Assembly (NCBI GenBank): GCA_943787175.1
Contig: CALSLK010000016.1
Span: 34,649 to 98,648, forward strand
Length of the DNA stretch: 64,000 bases
Direction: 5' to 3'
Source: an uncultured Alphaproteobacteria bacterium
GTDB lineage: Bacteria; Pseudomonadota; Alphaproteobacteria; SP197
The translations under genes and the position numbers were made by a program. The notes beneath the pieces were generated by a model, which saw only the letters and a list, made by a program, of their open reading frames with translations, made no database searches and had not been told where the DNA came from. The stretch's first letter is position 1. Every line of letters begins with the position of its first letter. Shown piece after piece: positions 1 through 9,304 of the stretch.

Positions 1-250
1 GCGATCCCAACACCTGGGGCGATGGTCTGGTTGCACAGGCCATGGCATCCATCACGTTCGTTAACGATTGATCTTAACCGACGCGGCGTTGCGCGTTTGA
101 CTACGCTTGCCCTGGAAGCTGATTGAATACCGATCCGTGCTTGCGGAGGCGGACCCATGTCTGCGGGGTTGTCGAATCGTCGGGCCGCATTCTCAGCAAG
201 CTGATGTGAGGCTCTTTGTGCTGCCAGTGCGAGACCCATTGGAACTTGGA

Positions 251-937
251 TCATGTGCGCACCTTGATAACTGCTACAACCAGATGAACGTTCGCAATGT
301 CCCTTGCCGCGAATTGTAACTCGCAAGCCGGATTGAACTGCTGGGCAATGATCTCTTGAGTTGTCCGGCGTAGCAGGCGCTTGATGTAGGCCTCTCCGTT
401 TTCCAGCTCAATAACGACGTCGTCGCCGAGACGTGGCGGGATGACCGGGTTTACGTATAGCAAATCGCCATGCCGCAGGACGGGTTCCTGGCTGTCTGAG
501 TTCATGTAGAGGGCATAGGCTGATCGCACACCCGACAGCATATGCAGGCGCGGCACATAGGAATCCACCAGCCCGTTGTCAAAGAACATACCGTCTTGCC
601 CGCCACGGGCATGCCCCATGATCGGGACGTCCGAAGGGCCATGCGCAGGCGGGGTGGGAAGAACCTCGCCAACCTCACGCTGGGGAGGTGACGGATCAAG
701 CCGACGTCCCGTTACCTGCGCAAGGCGCGAGAGCGTCCGCGTGCTCAGGACGTGTCGTGCTGAGGTATCGTTTAAAAATCGATTGAGGGTTGATGGCGAC
801 AGGCCGGCACGCCGTGCCAGTTCAGTCGGTGCCAATCCGGTTTCCATGACGAGTCGCCGCAAGTCTGCCCGAAGTGCATCCCGTTCGGTTGCGTTCGAGT
901 CGTGCGTTGACGTCGTAACTCCTGCAGCCTGGTCCAT
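251..937 (-). CDS. XRE-family HTH repressor with C-terminal S24 peptidase domain (CI/LexA-like)
   Basis: N-terminal HTH (ELARRAGLSPSTLNRF); C-terminal S24 region (YALYMNSDSQEPVLRHGDLLYV...AYIKRL). Divergent from the phage operon. Confidence 0.85.
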   Translation of the reverse strand: MDQAAGVTTSTHDSNATERDALRADLRRLVMETGLAPTELARRAGLSPSTLNRFLNDTSARHVLSTRTLSRLAQVTGRRLDPSPPQREVGEVLPTPPAHGPSDVPIMGHARGGQDGMFFDNGLVDSYVPRLHMLSGVRSAYALYMNSDSQEPVLRHGDLLYVNPVIPPRLGDDVVIELENGEAYIKRLLRRTTQEIIAQQFNPACELQFAARDIANVHLVVAVIKVRT

Positions 938-998
938 GTTTCCTCGCGCGCATTTTTTCGCTTGCTACAACCGCAATCTCCTCATATTTCATATGTAA

Positions 999-1013
999 GA
1001 ACAATTCAAGAAC
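999..1013. promoter_or_regulatory. Alphaproteobacterial LexA (SOS) box GAAC-N7-GAAC
   Basis: GAACAATTCAAGAAC matches the reverse complement of the GTTC-N7-GTTC consensus exactly. It lies in the ~90-bp divergent intergenic region, 14 nt upstream of the ATG at 1028. Confidence 0.7.
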
Positions 1014-1027
1014 ATACGGAGATCTTG

Positions 1028-1342
1028 ATGATGAGTAACTACAATCATGCAACCAGTGATGTTGCCGGGGGCAACGACGCCTTTGTTCAGATGTGGAATT
1101 CCGGCCGGGAGCTTGATGAGATTGCCATCCGATTCTCGATCTCCAAGAAGGCTGTGATCTCAAGAGCGGCCAAGTTGCGGCGAACCGGCGCAGAACTGGT
1201 CCGCCGCTCACCGAGGCGCGAATCGGAAACTGGCCAGATGCGGCGATGCCTGGGTTGCGGGCGATCCTTCATGAGTGCCCATGTTGGCAACCGTCTGTGC
1301 TGGTCCTGCAGTGATGATGAAGCCATGGGAGGGTTGATATGA
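1028..1342 (+). CDS. GcrA-like HTH regulator with C-terminal CxxC...CxxC zinc finger
   Basis: MWNSGRELDEIAIRFSISKKAVISRAAKL resembles the GcrA N-terminal HTH; CLGC...CWSC present. Start placed at ATG 1028 after GGAG. Confidence 0.6.
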   Translation: MMSNYNHATSDVAGGNDAFVQMWNSGRELDEIAIRFSISKKAVISRAAKLRRTGAELVRRSPRRESETGQMRRCLGCGRSFMSAHVGNRLCWSCSDDEAMGGLI

Positions 1343-1779
1343 TGGCATCACCTGCCTCCAGCAATGCTCCATACAGCAAGAAAAACGGACATATTCCAGG
1401 CGACCGGTGGACGGGAACCCTGATCCTGCTGCGGTTTGAGGAGGCGGCAGAAACCCTGAGGCGCCTGCCGCCTGCTGTGCGTCGCGGGAAGGTGACTTCC
1501 TGGCCCGACTATGTTCGAGGCGCTTCGGGGGAAGCGCCTCGCGTTCCGCTCCGCCTGATGGCGCGGCCCGAGGCAATCGACCGTCTGGATGAAACCATGA
1601 TCTGGCTGGGTTGGTTGCCCGGACTGACCGCGCGCATTGCCTGGGCGCGTGTCAACAAGGCAAGTTGGCGCCAGATCGCCACGCTAGCGGGCATGAGTCC
1701 GCGAACCTGTCAGAGGCGATTGACTGAGGGCTTGCTGGAGATCGCCGCACGGTTGAACAAGATGGGTGTGAGAGCATAA
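1339..1779 (+). CDS. DUF6362-like phage protein (putative late regulator)
   Basis: RFEEAAETLRRLP...WPDY...AIDRLDETMIWLGWL pattern and C-terminal HTH-like segment; 4-bp overlap with the upstream gene. Confidence 0.65.
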   Translation: MMASPASSNAPYSKKNGHIPGDRWTGTLILLRFEEAAETLRRLPPAVRRGKVTSWPDYVRGASGEAPRVPLRLMARPEAIDRLDETMIWLGWLPGLTARIAWARVNKASWRQIATLAGMSPRTCQRRLTEGLLEIAARLNKMGVRA

Positions 1780-2025
1780 ATGCGCATAGGTTTCTATTTT
1801 GTTCTTAACATGTGTGGCGCATTTTTGGTACAACTTTCATTAACGCTGGATCACCTGAAGACGGCTCTGAACTGACGGTCTTCGACGTACCAGCTGCATT
1901 CCATCAATCATGTCGTTCGCAACTGATCGCTGGCACTCCGCGAGGGGGGCCGGCGTCGTTGGTTTGCGCAAAGCGCCTGGAGAACAATCTTGGCAACACG
2001 GGAACTCCCGCACGCTGCAACGGAT

Positions 2026-2220
2026 ATGGCCGAAGTATCGGCTGAACTTGCAGACAAGATACTCGATACATTGGGCCAGGACTTCCAGGAGCATGGCGCG
2101 GCCGTTGTCACGCAACTGCGCGAGGGCGATCCAAAAAGCTATCTGACACTGTTGTGTCGGTTTGTCCCCACCGGGGGGCGTGATGGAGCGACCTCGGTCA
2201 CGGTTTCACACATCCATTGA
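2026..2220 (+). CDS. Putative terminase small subunit
   Basis: Small helical ORF (DFQEHGAAVVTQLREGDPKSYL) immediately upstream of TerL. Call is positional. Confidence 0.45.
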   Translation: MAEVSAELADKILDTLGQDFQEHGAAVVTQLREGDPKSYLTLLCRFVPTGGRDGATSVTVSHIH

Positions 2221-2234
2221 TCTAGCGGTGCGCG

Positions 2235-3677
2235 ATGGGTGACGCAATCACGCTGGCCTATCGGCCATCGGGTGAAACCCTGCGTTGTTTCCACGAGAAT
2301 GACGCCTTCATGCGGGTCGTTATCGGACCCCTGGGAAGCGGTAAGACGACAGCATGCTGCATGGAACTCTGGCGGCGGTTGATCACTCAGCGTCCCGGCC
2401 CCGACAAGGTCCGGCGCGCCCGTTGGCTTGTTGTCCGCAATACGTATCCGCAACTGGAAACCACAACCATTCCCGAGTGGCGTGGCATCTTTGATGATCG
2501 GTTCGGACGCTTTACGTTGGGTAAACCTCCAACACATCATGTGAACGTTGCCCTGGATGACGGCACGCGTGTTGAAGCCGACATCATCTTCATGGCGCTG
2601 GATGAACCTGATGGACCCGACAAGTTACGCGGCATGCAGCTTACCGGAATCTGGTTCAACGAACTGCGCGAGATCCCCAGAAGCGTCGTGACCATGGGAC
2701 TTGGCCGCGTAGGGCGGTTCCCGCCAAGACGTGATGGTGGGCCGACATGGTTTGGCGCGATATCGGATACCAACCCGTGTGATGAAGACCACTGGCTCTA
2801 TCGGGTAGCTGAGGTCAAACGGCCGGCGGGATGGCGGATTTTCCGGCAACCAGGCGGCGTTGTGCGTGACGGTGCAGAATGGCGCGACAATCTCCAGGCC
2901 GAAAACCTGGCGAACCTGCCACCGGCCTATTACGCCAACCAGATTGCTGGCGGCAGCGATGACTGGATCAAGGTGTTTCTGGCTGGAGAGTACGGCTTTG
3001 TCGTCGACGGCAAACCGGTGTTTCCTGAATACTCTGATCGTGTGCATTGCGGCGAAGTCGAACCGTTGGCCAACGTACCGGTCACGGTTGGCCTTGATTT
3101 TGGATTGTCACCTGCGGCTCTGTTCGCGCAACGTCTGCCTGATGGAAGGGTGCTGTGGTTTGATGAACTGGTGGCAACCGAGATCGGCGCGCTTCGGTTT
3201 GCGGCCCAGTTGAAAGCCCGGATCGCCGAGTGTTGGCCTGCTATGGACCTGCGCTTTGTCGGCGATCCCGCAGGTGATGCCCGGGTGCAGACCGATGAGC
3301 GTACGGTGTTCGAAATCTTGCGGGGACAGGGTTTGGCTGCGCGGGCTGCGCCGACCAATACATTTGCTTTGCGTAGGGAGGCGGTTGCCGCACCACTTTC
3401 ACGCATGATCGATGGCCACCCCGGGTTTGTCTTGCATCCACGGTGCGCAACCGCGCGCCGCGCCATGATGGGCGGATTTTGCTTTCGGCGTGTGCAATTG
3501 GCCGGACAAGTACGATTCCATGATGTCCCCGACAAGAATGCCTTCAGCCACATTGCTGATGCCGGGCAGTACGCCAACCTGGGTCTTGGAGAAGGCATGC
3601 AACGGCTTACCCAGCGGCCGACCGGGCGAACAGGCAACCTCGCGCTCAGCGAATACGACATTTACTCCGGGCTCTGA
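2235..3677 (+). CDS. Phage terminase large subunit
   Basis: Walker A GPLGSGKT, Walker B-like LRGMQLTGIWFNE, nuclease motifs GLDFGLSP and HIADAGQY; 480 aa, intact. Confidence 0.9.
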   Translation: MGDAITLAYRPSGETLRCFHENDAFMRVVIGPLGSGKTTACCMELWRRLITQRPGPDKVRRARWLVVRNTYPQLETTTIPEWRGIFDDRFGRFTLGKPPTHHVNVALDDGTRVEADIIFMALDEPDGPDKLRGMQLTGIWFNELREIPRSVVTMGLGRVGRFPPRRDGGPTWFGAISDTNPCDEDHWLYRVAEVKRPAGWRIFRQPGGVVRDGAEWRDNLQAENLANLPPAYYANQIAGGSDDWIKVFLAGEYGFVVDGKPVFPEYSDRVHCGEVEPLANVPVTVGLDFGLSPAALFAQRLPDGRVLWFDELVATEIGALRFAAQLKARIAECWPAMDLRFVGDPAGDARVQTDERTVFEILRGQGLAARAAPTNTFALRREAVAAPLSRMIDGHPGFVLHPRCATARRAMMGGFCFRRVQLAGQVRFHDVPDKNAFSHIADAGQYANLGLGEGMQRLTQRPTGRTGNLALSEYDIYSGL

Positions 3678-3712
3678 CGCCCAACCCATCCAACAGACCT
3701 GAGGAGAGAACC

Positions 3713-3913
3713 ATGAGCTTTCTGGTTCCCAAATCCAATCCTGTGCCACCGCCTCGGGTGCCACAGGTCAACGACGAAGAAGCGAACAGAGCCGCTGCCG
3801 AAGCACGTGCACGTGAGCGCAAACGGCGCGGCACTCTGGCGAGTGTCCTGACGAGCGGCCAGGGCGTGGCTTCGAATGCACCGGTACAAAGAAAAACCCT
3901 GCTGGGCGAATAG
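3713..3913 (+). CDS. Small phage virion-associated protein (66 aa)
   Basis: Strong RBS GAGGAG; Pro-rich N-terminus and RKTLLG C-terminus, typical of small genes between TerL and portal in podovirus-like phages. Confidence 0.6.
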   Translation: MSFLVPKSNPVPPPRVPQVNDEEANRAAAEARARERKRRGTLASVLTSGQGVASNAPVQRKTLLGE

Positions 3914-3941
3914 GCCAGCGTCGATATCTGGAGACAACACG

Positions 3942-4247
3942 ATGAGTATTGCGCGGACCACTGCTGATTTGACTGCAGAGAACAGCTTTAGCGATCCAAT
4001 CCGTCTAACCGGTCGATTCAACTTTCTGCTGACAGGAAGCTTCAGCGCAACGGCGCGTTTGCAGCGCTCGTTTGAAGATCCAGCCGGCACGCCGGCCTGG
4101 CACGACGTGGGTGATGCCTTTGGCAACACGGCCTATTCAGGCCCGGTAGCGTTTGTGGGCGATGAGCCCGAAGGTGCCTGGTACCGTTTCGGCGTTGAGG
4201 CTGGAGACTATACCTCTGGAACTATCGTAGGACGGTTGAGTCAATGA
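3942..4247 (+). CDS. Hypothetical phage protein (beta-rich, ~101 aa)
   Basis: RBS GGAG upstream of ATG 3942; ATGA overlap with the next gene. Confidence 0.6.
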   Translation: MSIARTTADLTAENSFSDPIRLTGRFNFLLTGSFSATARLQRSFEDPAGTPAWHDVGDAFGNTAYSGPVAFVGDEPEGAWYRFGVEAGDYTSGTIVGRLSQ

Positions 4248-5542
4248 GATTGCATCGCGCGGTCCGAGGTCTGCTGGAAGCCCTGGTAACACAAGGTAAA
4301 GAACCTGTTAACATGCGCGATGGTGCAGTGTTTTACGCGATGTCTGCACCTTCCACATCATTAGCCTTCTTACGAGAATCTACCGACAACATGTTTGATG
4401 CCGAAGGCATTCTGCGACCCCTTTCTGTGGATCAGGCCGGGTTTCCATACGCCCACGATAGTCAAACTTGGAGCCCGGCAGGTATACGCATCCTGGGCGC
4501 GCAGACCAATGCTCTACTGCACTCACGCGATGGGACTCATGCGGCTTGGAACGACACTACCGCGATCGTTACACGCGATCAGATCGGCATCGATGGAGTT
4601 GCCAATACAGCGACTATGGTTACTGATGACAGAACTTCAAGTGTGCGGCGTTTTTCGCAGGACGTTACGATTCCCGATGACTTCAATCCGGTTGCCATAT
4701 CGATTCTGGTTCGGCGTACGGGCGGCGTCCACCGCTATACAGGGTTCGAATTGCGTATGTATGGCGGTCCTGATGATCTGCGCCATCGCATCGTTGTGGA
4801 CATCGTGGCAGCGAGTTTCATTGCCCAGGACGGATTCACCGCGGGCTCAGCAACGCTAGATGTCTTGAGCGATGATTGGTTGCGGTTGGATATCACGGTA
4901 TCTAACGATCAGAGTGGAATAGGCACGGCCAACCTGCGTCTGTTTCCAGCTTACAATGCGGATGGTAGCGAGACGCCTGATGCCCAAGCCGTGGGATTTG
5001 CGGTGGTGGATTATCCTATGATGGCTGTGGGAAGTGATCACACCGGCTGGAGTTATGTTGAAACGCAGGGATCGGCTGGCACTCGCGCTGCCGACATGGC
5101 TGACGTTGATGTTTCAGCGATGGACCTATCGGACTTCAGCTTTGCTGTGGGGTGGAACGTGCAGGGCAACGAAGGTGAGTCTGCTCGAGTTTTGGAGTTC
5201 AATGACGGGACATCGGGCAATCAGGTCAACATCAGCCGATCTGGTGGGAATGTTACTTTGAATGTCGTGGCGGACGATATGGTTGAAGCCAGCCTTGTGT
5301 TGGGTTCCTGGGCGCCAGGACGCCACAAGGCGGTGGTGCGGATTGCACCTGATGACGTGGCAGGTTGCATGGAAGGCGGGGCGGTGGTGAAGGACACAAG
5401 TGTTGTTGTTCCTTCGGTCGACACCTTGCTTCTGGGGCGCTCGATAGGGGCGTCGTGGCTGAACAGCACGCTGCGAGGATATGCGATCTGGCCTGCTGCT
5501 CTGAGCGATGGAGCCTTGCAGGCGCAAAGTCTGCGTTCCTGA
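4244..5542 (+). CDS. Phage fibre/spike-like protein with carbohydrate-binding/LamG-like beta domains
   Basis: 432 aa, beta-rich. N-terminal FLRESTDNMFDAEGIL...GIRILGAQTNALLHS and GTRAAD patterns resemble phage head-spike/fibre proteins. Confidence 0.55.
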   Translation: MRLHRAVRGLLEALVTQGKEPVNMRDGAVFYAMSAPSTSLAFLRESTDNMFDAEGILRPLSVDQAGFPYAHDSQTWSPAGIRILGAQTNALLHSRDGTHAAWNDTTAIVTRDQIGIDGVANTATMVTDDRTSSVRRFSQDVTIPDDFNPVAISILVRRTGGVHRYTGFELRMYGGPDDLRHRIVVDIVAASFIAQDGFTAGSATLDVLSDDWLRLDITVSNDQSGIGTANLRLFPAYNADGSETPDAQAVGFAVVDYPMMAVGSDHTGWSYVETQGSAGTRAADMADVDVSAMDLSDFSFAVGWNVQGNEGESARVLEFNDGTSGNQVNISRSGGNVTLNVVADDMVEASLVLGSWAPGRHKAVVRIAPDDVAGCMEGGAVVKDTSVVVPSVDTLLLGRSIGASWLNSTLRGYAIWPAALSDGALQAQSLRS

Positions 5543-5615
5543 CCCAACCGGATTCATTTCATGAGAGAGGGTGCACGGGCCTGATGGCGCGTACGATCCC
5601 CTATGCGAGGTTTTA

Positions 5616-7280
5616 ATGACATCACTGGCAGACACTGTGCTGGCGCGCCAGCAGGAACTGGCGGCTGAGCGCTAGACGTGGGAGCACGCCTGGACCGACA
5701 TCGCCGATTTCGTGCTGCCGCGTCGCGCGAGCTTCACGAGTCAGCCGGAACCGGGTGCGGCGCGGGTGAAGGGTGGGCGTGTGTTTGATTCGACCGCGAT
5801 CCATGCCAACGAACTGCTGGCAGCAGGCCTGCACGGTATGCTGACCAACCCGGCGGAGCGCTGGTTTTCGCTGAAGCTGACGGGCGGTGGAGATCAGGAC
5901 GGGGCGGATGTGACACGCTGGCTTGAAGAGGTAGAGCGGCGCATGCAGAGCGTCTTTTCGAGCCCCACAAGCCGTTTTGCCCCGGCCATACACGAGCTTT
6001 ACCTGGACCTGGGCGCGTTCGGCACCGCAGCCATGTTTGTGGGCGAGCGCCTGGGCGAGGCGGGGCATGTGGCGCCGGGCGGAATTCTGTTCCGCACCTA
6101 TCACCTGGCCGAAATCTATCCCAGCGAAGGGGCGTTCGGGCAGGTCGATACGGTTTATCGCCGGTTCTCCTGGAGTGCACGCCAGATGGTGGAACGCTGG
6201 GGGCAAGAGCGCGTTAGCGAGGCTGTGCAGCGGGCCGTTTCGGCAAACCCTGAGAAAACCTTTGAGGTTGTCCATGGCGTGTTTCCCCGGCGTGAGCGAA
6301 CGGGCGCACCGGGCACCTGGAAACCCTGGGCCAGCGTCTATGTGGAGGCCGCCAGCCACCATGTGCTGGAAGATGGCGGGTTCGACGATTTTCCCTATCT
6401 GGTGCCGCGCTGGGCCAAGGTGCCAGGTGAACGCTTCGGACGCTCGCCTGCATGGACCATGCTGCCAGATATCAAGATGCTGAACGCGATGTCCAAGACC
6501 GTGATCAAGGCCGCCCAGAAGGTGGTTGATCCGCCGTTGCTGGTGGCTGATGACGGGGTGATCCAGCCCGTAACCACCGTACCGGGAGGCCTGAATTATG
6601 GCGGGGTTGATCCGGGCGGGCGCCAGTTGATCCAGCCGCTGACGACCGGCGCGCGCATTGATATTGGCCTGGATATGATGGAGCAGCGGCGCGGCGCGAT
6701 CCGTGATGCGTTCTTTGCCGCGCTGATGCAAACGCCCGAATCGCCCCAGCGCACCGCCACTCAAGTATTGCAGGAAACCGAGGAGCGCATGCGCCTGATG
6801 TCGCCTGTGCTGGGCCGCTTGCAGAGCGAACTGTTGGGCCCGCTGGTGCGCCGTGTGTTCAACCTTCTCAAAACCGCAGGCCAGCTTCCCGCACCGCCGC
6901 TTTCGGTGCTGGGGCGCAGGCTGGATGTGGATTACGTCTCACCCATTGTGCGTGCGCAACGGGCCAGCGAAATGCTGGGCGTGACGCGCACCTTTGAAGC
7001 CGTGGTGCCCTTTGCCCAGATGGAACCCGGCGTATGGGACATCTTTGACCTGGAAGCCCTGGCCCGACGCGCGGCCGATGTGAACGGCGTGCCTGCCGCC
7101 ACGCTGAGGAGCGAAGCCGAAGTGGCGCGCCGCCGCGCCGAACGTGAAGCAGAGGCAGTCCAGGCCGCCGATGCGCTGGCCCAACGCGCCGGTGCGCCCG
7201 GTGGCGGTGCTGAAATCCCGGGGGCAGCCCTGCCGCCGGGACTGGTGGGATTGATGGGAGGATTGCCCAATGTTGGATGA
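5616..7280 (+). pseudogene. T7-type portal (head-to-tail connector) with in-frame TAG at 5673-5675
   Basis: ATG 5616 is in frame with ORF 5712..7280 and reads MTSLADTVLARQQELAAER*TWEHAWTDIADFVLPRR. Portal motifs YLVPRWAKVPGERFGRSPA and TATQV...EERMRLMSPVLGRL present. Confidence 0.85.
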
Positions 7281-7542
7281 CGTGAGATTGCCGGGCTTTG
7301 CGCGCCGCCGTCGCCGGGCCGATTACCGCCAGCTTTTTGAAGGCCTGGAAGGCCGGCGTGTACTGGCCGATCTCTATTGCTTCTGCGGCATGGCAAGTCC
7401 CAGCTTTGTGCCGGGACGGCCCGATGAGACCGCCTTCAACGAAGGCAAGCGCCGCGTCTTCCTGCGCATTGCCGGGTTCATGGAGCTGGATGACGAACGT
7501 ATCCGCACCATGGCGGGCGATACCGGCGAAGAGATTGTTTGA
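7270..7542 (+). CDS. Bbp19-like phage head protein
   Basis: YRQLFEGLEGRRVLADL...TAFNEGKRRVFLRI, directly after the portal as in Bbp19-family genes. Confidence 0.75.
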   Translation: MLDDVRLPGFARRRRRADYRQLFEGLEGRRVLADLYCFCGMASPSFVPGRPDETAFNEGKRRVFLRIAGFMELDDERIRTMAGDTGEEIV

Positions 7543-7649
7543 TTGAGCCCTCAGGCCTGCGGTCTTTTTCTGAAACCGGCTGTTCACGAATGAACACAGG
7601 GGATCGGCTCGCTGGGCCGGACCCCTTCTGCTGTGCATGGAGTAAATCG

Positions 7650-8447
7650 ATGGCACGCAACAACGAGACGTTTGGGCGGGTGAGTACGCCTAGTGCCGGC
7701 GGGTCGGGTGCTGCGACCACGGTGTTTGGCGGCACGATCAACCCGGTGGCCCAGCAGCGGATGAACCAGCGCCAATTGGGTGGGCAACTGCGCGATCCCG
7801 GCGAACCGGGCCTGTTGGGGTCAGGAACCGCACGATCCCAACCAGATCATCATCGGGGATGACTGGCCCGGTGAGCCGCTGGATACGCCCCAGCCCCAGA
7901 CGCCGGAGATGGCGCGGGTCTCGGCCCTGCGCCACGCGGCGTTCCGCACCGGGGCGGAGCTGTCCCTGCTGTCGGGACTGGAGACGGTGAAGGCCCGGAC
8001 CTTCGGCAACCCTGATCTGGACGACAGCGAGGGCCGTCAGCCGGTTCCGCCAGAATGCCGCGTTGCTGACCCGTGATGCGGTGGACGGCATGGCCCGCGC
8101 GTTCGGCTCGCCCGAGGACGGGCTGGAGATGCCCACGCGCGCGGTGCTCGAAGACATCGTCGAAGGTGTGGCTTCGGATGGGGCGCGTACGCGTGCCCGT
8201 GCGCTGGAGGAGAAGGCGCTGGACGTCCTGGAAGCGGGTGCCGATGACCTGCTGGCACAGATCCGCAGCGCACCGGACCTTGCCGAGGGCTACGCCCATC
8301 ACCGATGTTGAGGGTGGCGCACATCACGTGCAGGTCTATCGCTCACCAGGTGCGTCGACCGACTTCGCGGTGATCTTTGACAAGATTGCGGGCGATTGGT
8401 GTGCGGTTTCCTCGATGGAATTGCCCAAGCTGGGTGAAGCAGCATGA
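7650..8447 (+). pseudogene. Hypothetical phage gene split over four frames
   Basis: Consecutive overlapping ORF pieces (7650..7862, 7780..8076, 8063..8311, distal part of 8073..8447) join into one ~265-aa frame with three frameshifts; RBS TGGAG before ATG 7650. Confidence 0.5.
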
Positions 8448-8719
8448 CGGATGCGACAGGGGGTGCCGCTGCGCTGATCGCCAGCGGCAACCTGGCCGTT
8501 GTTGCGCTCACCTTCATGGTCCTGTTGCTGGTCATTGCCGCGGCTGGACTGTGGCGTGCACTCCAAAAGACACAGGACGAGAAGACCGGCGTGTTCACCC
8601 AGAAATTCGAGGCGGACCTGCGGCAGGCCGAAGCCGACCGGGAGCAGGCCCAGGCGACCCGAGATCTGAGCCGGGCGATTGATCTCCTGGCCATCAAGGT
8701 GGAGGCAAGAACGTCATGA
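8444..8719 (+). CDS. Single-TM membrane protein with coiled coil (holin/spanin-like position)
   Basis: Hydrophobic LAVVALTFMVLLLVIAAAGLW followed by coiled coil; ATGA-coupled to neighbours. Confidence 0.55.
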   Translation: MTDATGGAAALIASGNLAVVALTFMVLLLVIAAAGLWRALQKTQDEKTGVFTQKFEADLRQAEADREQAQATRDLSRAIDLLAIKVEARTS

Positions 8720-8901
8720 TCTGGCCCTTTGATGTGACTCCGGCAGGCGGGCCAGGAGATTTCGATCGCAAGGCTCGAGATGCCCAGGAACGACGTGAAG
8801 CCGCACGCGATGAGCTGCGCCACGCCAATGACGGACTGCGCTTGTGCCTGAGTGAATTGTTGGTGCGATTAAGGGAGAACAACAGCCATGAATCTGCTTG
8901 A
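8716..8901 (+). CDS. Hypothetical coiled-coil protein (61 aa)
   Basis: Translationally coupled to the upstream gene (ATGA overlap). Confidence 0.5.
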   Translation: MIWPFDVTPAGGPGDFDRKARDAQERREAARDELRHANDGLRLCLSELLVRLRENNSHESA

Positions 8902-9304
8902 AGCTGTTTTCGGTTCGGGCCTTGTCTGGTACGGGCCGATTCTGTTCCTGGCGATTGCGACCATGTTTGGCTGACGACACGGGCTGTGTGGTGATCTGCG
9001 CCGCATGGGTTATGGCGACGGCATTAACCGGCTGCGCCTGGGCATCCTGTTTCTCTCTCTGGGCGTGGTGATTAATGCCACCTCCTGGGGGTTGGCTGAA
9101 CATTATCGCGCAACGGACCTGGAACATGCGGCCGGCGTTTTTGCCGGCCTGGCCTATGACCTGCGTCCGCTTGCACGATCGTCAATGGTGATCGGGTTGT
9201 TTGCCATGCTGACGGGGCTGAGTTCGCACAGGTTTGATTGGATATTCGCTGCAGTTGGAACTCTGGTGATCATGGCGCTGCATCGCCTTTGGGTGACACC
9301 ATGA
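8888..9304 (+). pseudogene. Multi-TM membrane protein with in-frame TGA at 8972-8974
   Basis: ATG 8888 is in frame with ORF 9005..9304: MNLLEAVFGSGLVWYGPILFLAIATMFG*RHGLCGDLRRMGYGDG...; TGA is probably a mutated TGG. Confidence 0.55.

Noticed and set aside
3-71. 3' end of an upstream gene (DPNTWGDGLVAQAMASITFVND*)
   Set aside because: Too short to identify or support.
61-77. CtrA full site TTAA-N-TTAA near the window start
   Set aside because: The spacer is 9 nt rather than 7.
5622-6764. Long antisense ORFs (380 aa here; also 10897..11925 and 26446..27549)
   Set aside because: They lie opposite well-supported genes in GC-rich DNA and have no recognisable motifs.
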